A DNA stretch of 64,000 nt from Verrucomicrobiota bacterium. GTDB lineage: Bacteria > Verrucomicrobiota > Verrucomicrobiia > Chthoniobacterales > Chthoniobacteraceae. The first letter of the stretch is position 1; every line of letters begins with the position of its first letter. The translations under genes and the position numbers were made by a program. The stretch lies in contig JBANGE010000148.1 in NCBI GenBank assembly GCA_037975615.1, forward strand, positions 20,483-84,482, in the 5' to 3' direction. Positions 9,535 through 19,800 of this stretch are shown piece after piece. The notes beneath the pieces were generated by a model, which was not told the DNA's origin, ran no database searches, and was given only the letters and a program-made list of their open reading frames with translations.

Positions 9535-10502
9535 TCACCGCAATCATCGTCACGTGCCTGCTCGTTTCTTTTGTTTTCAGCGGGATCGAGGCGGGCATCT
9601 TTTCCGTGAATCGCGTTCGCCTCGCGCACGAAGCGAAAAAACGCGACCCCGCCGCGCTCAAACTCGAACGGCTCATCGCGCGTCCTGACCGGCTGCTTGT
9701 CACGGTGCTGCTTGTCACGAACTTCGCGAACATCTGCGCGCTTGTTTTGATAACCCGCGAGCTCGTCGCGCGCTTCGGGCATCAGGGTTACTGGATGGGA
9801 CTTGGCCTTTACCTCGTGGTTTTCCTCGTGGGGCTGGAGCTGATTCCGAAATCGCTCTTCCGCCGGTTCCCGTATCGCGCACTCGCCGCGCTTGCGGAGC
9901 CGCTTCGCATTGCGACGATGCTTCTCTCGCCGCTCCATTTCGTCGGCGAAGCCATTCAGCGTCTGTTCGGTGGAAGCGAAGCAGGAATGCACCAGCGGCT
10001 CTATCTTGCGCGCGAGGATTTCAAATACTTCGCCGAGGAAGGCGAGAAGTCGGGCGCAATTTCAAAGGCCGAGGGCGATTTGATTTCCAACGTCGTCGAT
10101 TTCCGCGGCGAAACCGCGGGCGACGTGATGATTCCGCTCGACCCGAACCGGACGCTCACAACCGAAACACCCGTATCCGAACTTCTTCGCCGCAGCGCGA
10201 AGAAGCATCAGGACCGCTGGCTCGTGGCGAATGAAGGCGGACAAATTATCGGCGTGGTGAGCGCGTTCGAGGTGCTGCTCGCGGGACGGCGCGACGTCAA
10301 CGTAAGCGCCTACACGCGCCGCGTGGTGATGGTTGGCACAAAGGAACCCGCCTATAGCGTCCTCACAAAACTCCGCGCCGCACGCACGACCGTCGCGGTG
10401 GTTCGCGATGCGACGGGCCCGGTCGGTCGGCTCACGTGGGACGACCTCATCCGCCGACTCGTCGACGCCGCTTCGCAATCCCCCGCCGCGGCAAAAAAGT
10501 AG
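9531..10502 (+). CDS. Second DUF21-CBS domain membrane protein (paralog, no CorC_HlyC tail)
   Basis: ATGA overlap with the upstream gene. Shows VFSGIEAGIFSVNRVRL (DUF21) and GDVMIP...DRWLV (CBS). Length is 323 aa. Confidence 0.8.
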   Translation: MITAIIVTCLLVSFVFSGIEAGIFSVNRVRLAHEAKKRDPAALKLERLIARPDRLLVTVLLVTNFANICALVLITRELVARFGHQGYWMGLGLYLVVFLVGLELIPKSLFRRFPYRALAALAEPLRIATMLLSPLHFVGEAIQRLFGGSEAGMHQRLYLAREDFKYFAEEGEKSGAISKAEGDLISNVVDFRGETAGDVMIPLDPNRTLTTETPVSELLRRSAKKHQDRWLVANEGGQIIGVVSAFEVLLAGRRDVNVSAYTRRVVMVGTKEPAYSVLTKLRAARTTVAVVRDATGPVGRLTWDDLIRRLVDAASQSPAAAKK

Positions 10503-10568
10503 CGCGCGCGCCGCAGCGCGACAGTTGAGTGTTGAAAGGCGGGCACGCTGTCCGGCATCGTCAGCACT

Positions 10569-12296
10569 ATGTCCAAGCCCTTCTTCATCACCACCGCGAT
10601 TGATTACACCAACGGCGCGCCGCACATCGGCCACGCCTACGAGAAGGTGCTCGCGGATGTCCTCGCACGCTACCACCGGCTGAAGGGCGACGAAGTCTTC
10701 TACCTCACCGGCGTGGATCAACACGGCCAGAAAGTGCAGCAGTCCGCGGAGAAGGCAGGCATCGAGCCACAGGCTTATGTCGATGGAATCACGGCGAAGT
10801 TTGTGGCGCTTTGGAAGAAACTCGGCGTGGAATACACAGGCTTCGACAAAGAGAAGCCCGAGGGCTGGGCCGCGACGACCGAGGCGAAGCACAAGGAATG
10901 CGTGCGCGCGAATCTCCAGCTTCTTTGGGATGACAAGGTGCCCGGCACCGACCGCAGCCGCTGGATTTATAAAAAGACGCAGCGCGGATTTTACAGCGTG
11001 CGGCAGGAGCAATTCCTCACCGACAAAGAGCGCGGCGCAGACGGCGAATTCGGCCCCGAGTGGCAGCCGGTTGAAGAGCGCGAGGAGGAGAACTTCTACT
11101 TCCGTCTCACCGCGCACGAAGACCTCGGCTTCGACCCAAAGCAATGGCTGCTCGATCTCATCGACGCACGCTCCGCTGCGGGAAATCCAATCGTCGTGCC
11201 CGATTTCCGCGTCGCGGAGCTGCGCAATGCCGTGGAGAAACTCGAAGGCGACCTGTGCATCTCCCGGCCGGCGTCGCGACTCAAATGGGGCATCCCGTTT
11301 CCGGAATCCTTCGGCGCGGGCTTCGTCACGTATGTGTGGTTCGACGCGCTCGTAAACTACATCACCTACGCCCCCGGCCACGACCCTCTCTACGCGGAAC
11401 GCGACGGCGGCGGGCAGACGGAGTTTGCGAAATGGTGGCCGCCCGTCCACGTCATCGGCAAAGACATCCTCATCCCCGCGCACGGCGTTTACTGGCTCAT
11501 CATGCTCAAAGCGCTCGGCTTCACCGACGCCGAAATGCCCACGCTGCTCGTGCACGGCTGGTGGAACATCGCCGGAGCGAAGATGAGCAAAAGCCTCGGC
11601 AACATCGTGGACCCCGACGCCCTCGCCGACAAATACGGCGCAGAAGCCGTGCGCTACTATTTGATGAGCGACATCACCACCGGCCGCGATGCCGATTTCA
11701 GCGAAGAGCGACTCATCCAGAAATACAACGTGGACCTCGCAAACTCGCTGGGCAACCTGCTCAACCGTACGCTGAACATGGCGGCGAAGTATCGGGAGGG
11801 GAAGTTAGCAAAACTCTCACAAGAGCCAATAATTCCGGTCGGCCAAGCTCCGGACGGCTTGAGCACACTGATTAGAGCGGCTGTCAATGCAGCTGCGGAT
11901 GTTGAAGAATCATCCGACTGCGATGCCGCACATCAAATCGGCTTTGCTCTCGAAAGAATCGCGAACAATTCCAATAGTTTGGTGGAAGTCGCGGCTCCGT
12001 GGACATTGGCTAAAATCGAAAAATCTGGTGGCGAAGATGCGCAGGTGGCGAAGGAAAAGCTCGACGCCGTTCTCTACCACCTCGCCGAATCCCTCCGCAT
12101 CATCGCCATCCTCATCTCGCCCGTGCTGCCGAAGTCGGCGCATGGCATCTTCGATCAGCTCAACTGGAAGATGGACGAGCAGGGCAAGGAGTCGCGCTTC
12201 CGCCTTGGCGATGCGGTCTGGGGCGGATTGCCGGACGGTCATCAGCTCGGCAAACCGACGCCTCTCTTCCCGCGCATCGAGCAGGAAAAAGCGTAA
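10569..12296 (+). CDS. metG: Methionine--tRNA ligase
   Basis: MSKPFFITTAIDYTNGAPHIGHAYEKVLADV carries the class I HIGH motif, and AKMSKSLGN carries the KMSKS motif. Length is 575 aa. Confidence 0.95.
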   Translation: MSKPFFITTAIDYTNGAPHIGHAYEKVLADVLARYHRLKGDEVFYLTGVDQHGQKVQQSAEKAGIEPQAYVDGITAKFVALWKKLGVEYTGFDKEKPEGWAATTEAKHKECVRANLQLLWDDKVPGTDRSRWIYKKTQRGFYSVRQEQFLTDKERGADGEFGPEWQPVEEREEENFYFRLTAHEDLGFDPKQWLLDLIDARSAAGNPIVVPDFRVAELRNAVEKLEGDLCISRPASRLKWGIPFPESFGAGFVTYVWFDALVNYITYAPGHDPLYAERDGGGQTEFAKWWPPVHVIGKDILIPAHGVYWLIMLKALGFTDAEMPTLLVHGWWNIAGAKMSKSLGNIVDPDALADKYGAEAVRYYLMSDITTGRDADFSEERLIQKYNVDLANSLGNLLNRTLNMAAKYREGKLAKLSQEPIIPVGQAPDGLSTLIRAAVNAAADVEESSDCDAAHQIGFALERIANNSNSLVEVAAPWTLAKIEKSGGEDAQVAKEKLDAVLYHLAESLRIIAILISPVLPKSAHGIFDQLNWKMDEQGKESRFRLGDAVWGGLPDGHQLGKPTPLFPRIEQEKA

Positions 12297-12347
12297 GTCG
12301 CATCTAGAGCCGCATCGTTGTCGCGCCGCGCCGCGCCAGAATCGGAG

Positions 12348-12367
12348 CGGCGACATTCCTGTCGCCG
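12348..12367 (+). terminator. Hairpin downstream of metG (8-bp perfect stem, 4-nt loop; no U-tract)
   Basis: cggcgaca-ttcc-tgtcgccg. Its core ggcgacattcctgtcgcc recurs in inverted orientation at 12441-12458. Confidence 0.35.
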
Positions 12368-12440
12368 ACAGTTCACGCGGGTCGGGAGATTTCAAAGGCT
12401 ACTATCTCGCTCCACCAGGTTTCGGAGAAACGACGCTGCC

Positions 12441-12458
12441 GGCGACAGGAATTTCGCC
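12441..12458 (-). terminator. Related hairpin downstream of the convergent heme-binding protein gene
   Basis: Plus strand reads ggcgacaggaatttcgcc; the minus strand reads ggcgaaattcctgtcgcc, a 1-nt variant of the metG-side element. Confidence 0.3.
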
Positions 12459-12478
12459 GCTCCTGCGCACCTTCGCCG

Positions 12479-15031
12479 CTACTTCTTCGCCAGCACCGCG
12501 AGCTCGTGGATGCTCCAGAACTTGCCGTTCACGGCGCCGGTTTGGGTGATTTTTACGAACTTTGCCTTCGAGGCCGGGAAGACGATTTCGGTGATGGGGC
12601 TGATGCCTTTTCCATTCGCGACCGGCGTCCATTTAGTGCCGTCGGCGCTGACCTCGACTTTGTAGCCGCGCGGGTAGTCGTTGCCGGATTTTGCGCAATC
12701 GAGGCGAAGACCGGCGACATTGGCTTCGGCGGGAAGCTCGATTTGGAACCACTGGCCCGGGGTTTGAGAGACGCCTGTGTCCCAGCGGGTTTCGGCTTTG
12801 TTGTCCACGGTGGCGTCGCATCCGTCGGGCTTGTTGCTGGCGGTGAGTTTCCAGTCCTTCCGGTTTTTAAGCGGCTCGGGCAGCATCGCGCGCAGTTCCT
12901 TTTCGGTCCACGGCTGCGTGCGGTCCTTGTAAGCCGCGCGGACGCGGGCTGCGTCTTCAACCGTGATGAGGCTCGCGCGATTTCCGAAACTCACGCGCAG
13001 GTAGCTCGCGATTGCCGCGATCCACGCATCGTCGTTCGTGCCCATGGGCATCATTTGCGATTCGTAGGTCTTGCCGTTGAGCGGACCACCGATGCCGTGG
13101 AGGATGACCATGAGCGCGCCATCGGGGTGCCCGGTCACCGTGCGCGAACCGGCGAGCGGCGGTGCGAGCGTGACGCCAGCCGGCTGTCCGGCGATGGGCG
13201 TTCCCTTTCCGTCCATGCCGTGGCAGGCAAAGCACAGTTCCTTGTAAATGCCCTCGCCTTTTTTCAGCCGCGCGATTTCCGCCGGGCTGAATCCATCGAG
13301 CTGCGGCTTCTCCACTTTGATCATCTGCTCACCAATCGCCTTCACGCCCGTGCTCTTCGTCGTCGCAAGCGTGTCGGTCGCGAGCTTCTGCCAGTCGGGA
13401 AGATTCAGCGCCTTCGCCGTGCCGATGGCCTGGATGACGACGTTTGGATCCGCATCCTTCGCGAGCGCGAGCAGGTCGGGCGCGAGCGATTTGTCGCCGG
13501 CCTTGACGAGCGTCTCCGTGGCGCGGAGGGCGTTCTCGCGAACGCGCGGGCTGCTGTCTGCGAGCTTCTCGCGGGCGAGCGCGGCATCGAGCGCGCCGAG
13601 GCCTTCGAGCGTCCACATGGCGTGAGCACGGGCGAGTGGGTTGCTGTTTTCGCGAGCCATTTTCGCGAGCGCCGGGACGACGCTCTTATCCTGCCGGACA
13701 ACGAGCAGCTTCTGCGCAGTGTCGCGCCACCAGCCATTCGGGTGCGCGAGATGTGCCACGAGTTCGGAGCTCTTTTCATCGAGCATGCGTGGCTGCGGTC
13801 CGGGTTTGTGATCCTTGTGCACGAGCCGCCACACGCGACCACGACCGATGTTCTTATCAAGGCCGTAGCGCTGGATCATCGGGCGGAGGAATGAGCCGGG
13901 GCGCGTCCAGTTTCCTTCCTGAATGATGCCGCGATAGGCGTCCACGATGTAGAGGCAGCCGTCCGGTCCCGTCTTCATGTCCACGGGGCGGAAGTGCGCG
14001 TCGGTGCTGCGGATGAACTCTCCCTTTCCATGCGGGTTGGTGAGCGTGGTGATGCCGTCCTTTACCTCCACGATTCCGCGACGGATGAGCCGACCGACCG
14101 GCTCGGGAACGAACACGTTGCCCGCGAGTTCCGGCAGTTTGTCGCCGCGGTAAATCTCGTGACCGCACGTCGCGGTGAAATGATTCAGCGTCCAGTCATC
14201 CGGGCGGAAACGCCCCTTTCCGCCCTGCACATCGGCGAGACCGATTGCGGGCCACACGGTCATCCAGTCATCGGCCCACTGCTCCTTCACATTGATTGCC
14301 CCGTAGGCGACGTGCGTCTGGAAATTCCACACGCCCTTCTCGCCGCCGCCCTGCGAAAACCACGGCTTGCCCCAATCATCCTGCGCGAGGCCCCACTGCC
14401 CGCCGTTTGGCGCGGTCGGCTCCTTCAGCGTTTTGCCATCGGGCGTCCAGCGGAGGCGGTAGGCGTTGTAGGTCGTGTAAAGCCAGTTATCCATCGCCCA
14501 GAGCAGTCCGCTGGGCTGGTGCTCCATGTTTCCACCACGCGGGCCGCCCTCGTAAAACGGGCGCTTCGTTTCCGCGATGCCGTCGCCGTCCTTGTCGGAC
14601 CACGCGAAGATGTCGTTCGTGTTTGTCTCGCCGATGAGCACCTCGTTTTGCAGAGGCTGCACCATGCGCGGAATGAGCAGGCCATCCGCAAACGCCGTGT
14701 GTTTATCGAAGACGCCGTCGCCCTTGCTCGACTCGTGGCGCGACACGCGGGACTTCGGCGTCAGTTCATCCGTGCCGTCGATGTCCTGCATGTACGTCCG
14801 CATTTCGATGAGATAAATGCGGCCGTTGCCGTCGAAGTTCATCGCCATCGGCTCGCGGATGTCCGGCTCGCTGAGCACGAGTTCGAGGCGGTAGCCGTCA
14901 GGGAGCTGGATCGTCTTTACCGAATCCGCCGGCGGAAGCGGCGGAATCTCCCGGGCCGGCGGGAGACCGTCGTTTTGTGCGAGAGCGAGGACTGGAGCGG
15001 TGACTAAAGCGGCGAGGATGTTGCGCGTCAT
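12479..15031 (-). CDS. PVC-type heme-binding CxxCH protein (membrane-bound dehydrogenase-like domain + HEAT repeats + cytochrome c + C-terminal F5/8 type C discoidin domain)
   Basis: Start moved to MTRNILAALVTAPVLALA (cat 15029-15031). The CFACH heme motif is at nt 13220-13234. A HEAT-like region follows (SNPLARAHAMWTLEGLG, SSPRVRENALRA). The C-terminal discoidin pattern is DNKAETRWDTG...WFQIEL...YKVEVSADGTKW. Confidence 0.85.
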   Translation of the reverse strand: MTRNILAALVTAPVLALAQNDGLPPAREIPPLPPADSVKTIQLPDGYRLELVLSEPDIREPMAMNFDGNGRIYLIEMRTYMQDIDGTDELTPKSRVSRHESSKGDGVFDKHTAFADGLLIPRMVQPLQNEVLIGETNTNDIFAWSDKDGDGIAETKRPFYEGGPRGGNMEHQPSGLLWAMDNWLYTTYNAYRLRWTPDGKTLKEPTAPNGGQWGLAQDDWGKPWFSQGGGEKGVWNFQTHVAYGAINVKEQWADDWMTVWPAIGLADVQGGKGRFRPDDWTLNHFTATCGHEIYRGDKLPELAGNVFVPEPVGRLIRRGIVEVKDGITTLTNPHGKGEFIRSTDAHFRPVDMKTGPDGCLYIVDAYRGIIQEGNWTRPGSFLRPMIQRYGLDKNIGRGRVWRLVHKDHKPGPQPRMLDEKSSELVAHLAHPNGWWRDTAQKLLVVRQDKSVVPALAKMARENSNPLARAHAMWTLEGLGALDAALAREKLADSSPRVRENALRATETLVKAGDKSLAPDLLALAKDADPNVVIQAIGTAKALNLPDWQKLATDTLATTKSTGVKAIGEQMIKVEKPQLDGFSPAEIARLKKGEGIYKELCFACHGMDGKGTPIAGQPAGVTLAPPLAGSRTVTGHPDGALMVILHGIGGPLNGKTYESQMMPMGTNDDAWIAAIASYLRVSFGNRASLITVEDAARVRAAYKDRTQPWTEKELRAMLPEPLKNRKDWKLTASNKPDGCDATVDNKAETRWDTGVSQTPGQWFQIELPAEANVAGLRLDCAKSGNDYPRGYKVEVSADGTKWTPVANGKGISPITEIVFPASKAKFVKITQTGAVNGKFWSIHELAVLAKK

Positions 15032-15137
15032 GCGGACGTAGATTCCAGATACCGGGTTCCATTTGAACAAGAATTCACGGAAAAGAATCCGAGCACCCCT
15101 TGAACAGACCGGCCGCATTGATTAAAGAACGCGCTCC

Positions 15138-15821
15138 ATGACTTTCCACCGCTACCTCTACTGCCTGCTTGCCATCGCATCCCTGCTAGCCGGAGGCTGC
15201 ACCACGCAAAAGCGCGAGGAATACCGCCAGCGCCGCGCCGCACGGAACGCACCGGCAAAGGTCTGGCTCGTCAGCAATGGCTGGCACACTTCCGTGGCGA
15301 TTCGCACGAAGGACGCCACAAAGGAACTCCAGGCCTTCGCTCCGAAGTCGCAGTATCTCGTCATCGGCTGGGGCGGTGCGGATTTCTACATGTGGCGGCA
15401 GATGGACAGCTTCGTTCGCCGCCTCCGCGCCACCTTCCTTCCCACTTCCAGCGCGCTCCACGTCATCCCCGCCGACACCTCGCTCGTGCAGGCTTTCCCA
15501 AATAGCGAGATCATTGAGTTTGAAGTCACCGAACAGGGCCTGCAGCGGCTCCGCAAATCCATCGATCGCTCATTCAAGCGCGACCCGAAAGGACAGCCGC
15601 TCGTCATCGGTCCCGGCAAAGTCCCCACAAGCCGGTTTTTCAGCGGCGAGGAAACCTACTACCTTCCCAAGACCTGCAACATGTGGGCCGCGAGCAAACT
15701 GCACACCGCCGGAGTCCCCATCCGAGTCAGCGCCGCCATCGTCGCGGACAACCTCATCTGGCAGGGCCGAAAAAAGGGACGCCTCCTCGCGGTGAAAAAA
15801 GCCACGCAGGATCCGCTTTAA
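15138..15821 (+). CDS. TIGR02117/DUF2459-family lipoprotein
   Basis: Lipobox LLAGGC. WLVSNGWHTSVAIR...YLVIGWGGADFYM...CNMWAASKL resembles the DUF2459 conserved core. Confidence 0.6.
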   Translation: MTFHRYLYCLLAIASLLAGGCTTQKREEYRQRRAARNAPAKVWLVSNGWHTSVAIRTKDATKELQAFAPKSQYLVIGWGGADFYMWRQMDSFVRRLRATFLPTSSALHVIPADTSLVQAFPNSEIIEFEVTEQGLQRLRKSIDRSFKRDPKGQPLVIGPGKVPTSRFFSGEETYYLPKTCNMWAASKLHTAGVPIRVSAAIVADNLIWQGRKKGRLLAVKKATQDPL

Positions 15822-15939
15822 ACGGAGTCCCACGGCGCTCCACGCGACCATCGCGTGAAATCCCGGGTGCGTTCGAAAAAATGAGACTTGCCACTACCGC
15901 GGTGGAACGGGACGTTGTCGCCCTCTCACCACATTCCCT

Positions 15940-16227
15940 ATGATAATCTGGCGCGGCGGCGGCCTTCTCGTAATCCTTCCAGCGGCAATCGGCATCTTTG
16001 CAGCGGTCGTTCTCAAACCCTACGTTCAGGGCATGAACCTGGATCCGGCTCTCGCCACTGCACTTCCGTCGGCGGGCGGCGCACTTGCGGCATGCATCTT
16101 CAACTGGCTCTTGTGCAAGTTTCTCTACCGCGGTGGCAACTCGGGTCATGCGCTTTATTTTATCCCTGCAAAAGCCTTCACCTTCATCTATGCGCTCGCC
16201 ATTCCCGTCGCCGGATACATGGCCTAG
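15940..16227 (+). CDS. Small hydrophobic membrane protein (hypothetical)
   Basis: 95 aa with about three predicted TM segments (GGLLVILPAAIGIFAAVVL; GGALAACIFNWLLC; FTFIYALAIPVAGY). I recognise no family. Confidence 0.45.
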   Translation: MIIWRGGGLLVILPAAIGIFAAVVLKPYVQGMNLDPALATALPSAGGALAACIFNWLLCKFLYRGGNSGHALYFIPAKAFTFIYALAIPVAGYMA

Positions 16228-16254
16228 AGCGCGGACGCCCAACGAAAGAAGGAC

Positions 16255-16800
16255 ATGGCGACATACCCGGGATTTTCCGCTTTCGAAGAAGCAAACGACT
16301 TGGTGGATTCCAACAAAAACGGGACCGCATGGGGAAACACTCCGGAAGCAATCAATGCCGCCGATACCTGCTCGAAAGGCTGCACCCGCCTGGCGCCGCT
16401 CATGTTCACCGGCGGGAGCAAAATGAAAGGCCTGAGCGGCGGCACATTCCTCGTCTACTGCCAGCTCACAAAGGAAGGTGCTGCCTTCCTCGTCCATGTT
16501 CCTGATCTGCGCCACTACAAGGATGCTGATACAAAACAGGTCCTGGGCGACATCGTTTGGATGAATGCTCAACTCGCGGCGAAGGAAGTATTGAAGCTAC
16601 CCGACTCCGCCGCAATCGCGGTGGGCCTCCGCGGCATCGCTTCGTATGGCAGTGTATGGCTCGGACGCGTGACCGGTGAGCCAGTGAAAAAGGACGACGA
16701 ATCCGGCGCAAAAAAGCGTCTTTACGATTGGTTCGATCCAGCCCGGGCACTGCAAGCTCCGACGACGGTCCCCGCGTCCAAAGACGCGCCAGGCAAGTAG
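16255..16800 (+). CDS. Hypothetical protein
   Basis: 181-aa ORF with balanced, protein-like composition, 27 nt after the small membrane protein gene. I recognise no family. Confidence 0.5.
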   Translation: MATYPGFSAFEEANDLVDSNKNGTAWGNTPEAINAADTCSKGCTRLAPLMFTGGSKMKGLSGGTFLVYCQLTKEGAAFLVHVPDLRHYKDADTKQVLGDIVWMNAQLAAKEVLKLPDSAAIAVGLRGIASYGSVWLGRVTGEPVKKDDESGAKKRLYDWFDPARALQAPTTVPASKDAPGK

Positions 16801-16832
16801 CATCAACAGCCCGCGATTCCTACAAGGCGTGC

Positions 16833-19800
16833 CTACGGCGCGGGATTGGTGACCTTCAGGCGAAGGAAGCGTTTCGCGCTGCCGCTCAATGGGGTGTTGT
16901 CGCGGACTACAATCGTTTCCACGCTGCCATTGTTTGTCCGCGAAACCTCGGTCGTGAACGCGTTTGATGGCACGTCGCCGACCGGGCCATACACGCTTCC
17001 GGCGTCAAAGCCCAAAAGATCGGCCGTGACTTCGAAGCGGTAGTTCACGTCGGTCGCTCCCAGCGGACGCACGACGGTAAGCGCGGCGTGCTGGTTTGCT
17101 CCGACGGTAACAACGCCGAGCGTCGGCAACCCGGCCGCCGACGGGATGCGCGGATCCATCCCCAGCGCATATTCCATCAAGTTCGCAATACCGTCCTTGT
17201 CGAAGTCGTTGTTGTCCGCGCCGTCTCCGGCGTTTGATGGATCGCTAAAGTTCTGCAGCCGCCATTGCTGGATCGGCGTCAGCGTGCTGTTCACACTGAC
17301 CTCCCCCGTCGTGTACAGGTTGCTCGTACTCCAGGCCAGATACTGGGCGAGCGTCGGCAGATTCACTGCGTCAAACGTGCCGTTGATGCTCGCGGCATCG
17401 ATCAGGTCGAAGACGTTGCCCAATGTCGGCGCGAAGCCGTTGATCAGCATCAGCGTGAGAATGCCGTCCACCGTCAGCGCGTTCGCAACTTGCAGACTGT
17501 CATACTGCGTGCCTTCGCTCACACCGCCGATTTCCAGCGTGAGTTCCGTGCCCGGAGCGAGAACCACATTGCCGCCGTAGTTGACGGTCGCCGGTGAATT
17601 TCCAGGCCGCAGGTCGCCATTGTAGTACACCGTGCCCGTGCCCGTGAATGCGCCCGCTCCGCTCTGGCTTCCAAAGAACACCGTGCTCGCGCCGGCGCCG
17701 GTGTATATCTCCGTGCCGTTGTGCACGACGTCATCGAAAAACGTCGTCGTGCTGCCGGCACCGCTGGTCACGATTCGCGCACCGCTCGCATTGGTGACAT
17801 CGCCGCGAATGTCGGTTACACCCCCGCTAAAGGCCATCACGCCATTGTTCGTCAGCCCGGTCGTATTGAGCGCGCCGCGCCCGCTGATAAAGCCGGTCGC
17901 GCCGTTGGCGAGCGTATTGGAAAACTCCAGCGTGCCACCTTGCATGTTAAAGCTGCCAGAGTTCGTGTTGCTTGCGCCTGTGAAACTCAGGGTTTTTCCG
18001 AGTTCCGCGCGGACCACGCAGGTCCCGCTGTTTGTAGTGCTCACGGCAATAATCCCATCCCCCGTGACCATACCGGAGTTCGCCAGCGCGCCACCGTTGA
18101 TACGGCCCGTGCCACCCTGCAGGGTAAGTCGCGCTCCCGATTGATTCGTAAAGCCCCCGGTTGCCGTCAGGGCCCTGCCGAGAAAGAAGTCAGCGCCGGC
18201 GGCGTTTGTCGCGAGCCCGCTCACGGATAGCGAACCGCTCCCATGCTCAACGAAGCCGCTGTTGCTCAAAGCGCCGACACTCACGCTGCCGCCATCGGTG
18301 GCTAATTGGGCACCGCTCGCGACTGTCAGTGTATTTGTCACCTGTAATGTTGAACCAACACCAAGGGTCACGTTCGCGCCGAGCGCATCCAGAGCCCCGG
18401 AGCCGATGGTGAATCCCCCGCCGCCCGTGATCGCGAGCGTGCCTCTCCGAAAGTCCAGCGTTCCCTCGTTCCCAATCAGGCCGGCGGAAAGCCTCCCACC
18501 ATCCAGAATCAGCGTGTGGAAGGGATCCACGACAACGCTCCCGCCGACGTTCAGTGCACGATTCGCCGCGAGCGTGAGATCGGCTCCAAGCAGACCCTGC
18601 TCTCCAACCCGCAGGGTGTTTCCACCGTTCAGATTCAGCGTACCGGAATTGAAGTTGAAATCTCCGATACCCGACATCCATCCGCCGAAGGAATTTTCCA
18701 GCAGTCCGTTTACCGTGAGGGCTCCTCCGTTGATGTTCACGGTACTGGTAGAGCGGAATGCCACCGAGCCGGTTCCCGTTGTGAACGCGCCACCGTTGTT
18801 GAGATTCAAAACCGCAGTACCGCTGCCGGAAAACGCTCCAAGCGTCAGGGTTGAAGAGCCGGTCTGCGTGATTTGACTTCCAGCCCCGGAGACGGTGATC
18901 GTTCCATTGTTAGCGGCGCTGGATTGAGTGGAAACGGACAGATTGCCCAGCGAGGCCGTGGCGAAATTCTGGAGACTCATCGAGCCGTTTGTCGGCGTGC
19001 CGGAAGAACGGTCGGCAAGCCGGAGGTGGCCGATCACCGCGCTGGAAGATGAAAACATCGAGACATTCGCATTCCATTCACTGGTGGACGTTGCCGAGGT
19101 GCTGACCGTCGCACCAACGCCGACAATTTGTAGCGAAACCGGAAGCGTTGTATTTGTGCCAAGGTTGAGCGCGCCTCCACTCGCGAGCGTCGAGCCATTG
19201 AGCACCGACAGACCGGATGCAAGCAGGCCGGTCTCGCCATTCCAATTGATGTCACCGGTAGTCGCGAACGTTGAGCCGGCGCCGTTCATGTAGAGATTCG
19301 ATTGCACCGTCTGGCTAAAAGGACCGGTGATATTCACGTCGCCCCCGCCCTGCACGTTTAGGAACTTCCCGGATGCGAGCGACAGGGTACCCGCGCCGTC
19401 CAACGTCAATTGTCCGCCGTTGATATTGAGGTCGCCGTTCGCAGTGAATGTGCCTCCGTTGATTGAGACTGTACCGAGTGCGCCGACTTCCGTCGTTCCG
19501 GTCGTGCTCGCGAAGACTCCGCCGTTGTTGACGTTTAATACCCCCGTCCCGAAGTTTGTCCCGATCGTCGCGTTTCCCGCGTTGTTTGCGAGCGTCGAGC
19601 CCGCGCCGGTGACTGTAATCGTGCCTGTGACCGCTCCGGAGCCGGAGAATCCCGCCGTGAATTGTCCACCGACGATGAGGTCAGCACCGCTTTGCACAAG
19701 GACGGTTCCGCTGCTTCCGGTCACATTGCTCGCTGCGACGCCAAGTGCTGAAAGTGTCGCCGAGGCGCTGTTGCTCAGAACCAGGCTGCCAGTCCCGCCG

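Noticed and set aside
16730-16739. ggttcgatcc, resembling a tRNA T-arm
   Set aside because: It lies inside a coherent 181-aa ORF, with no matching acceptor or anticodon stems around it. I saw no tRNA in any intergenic region.
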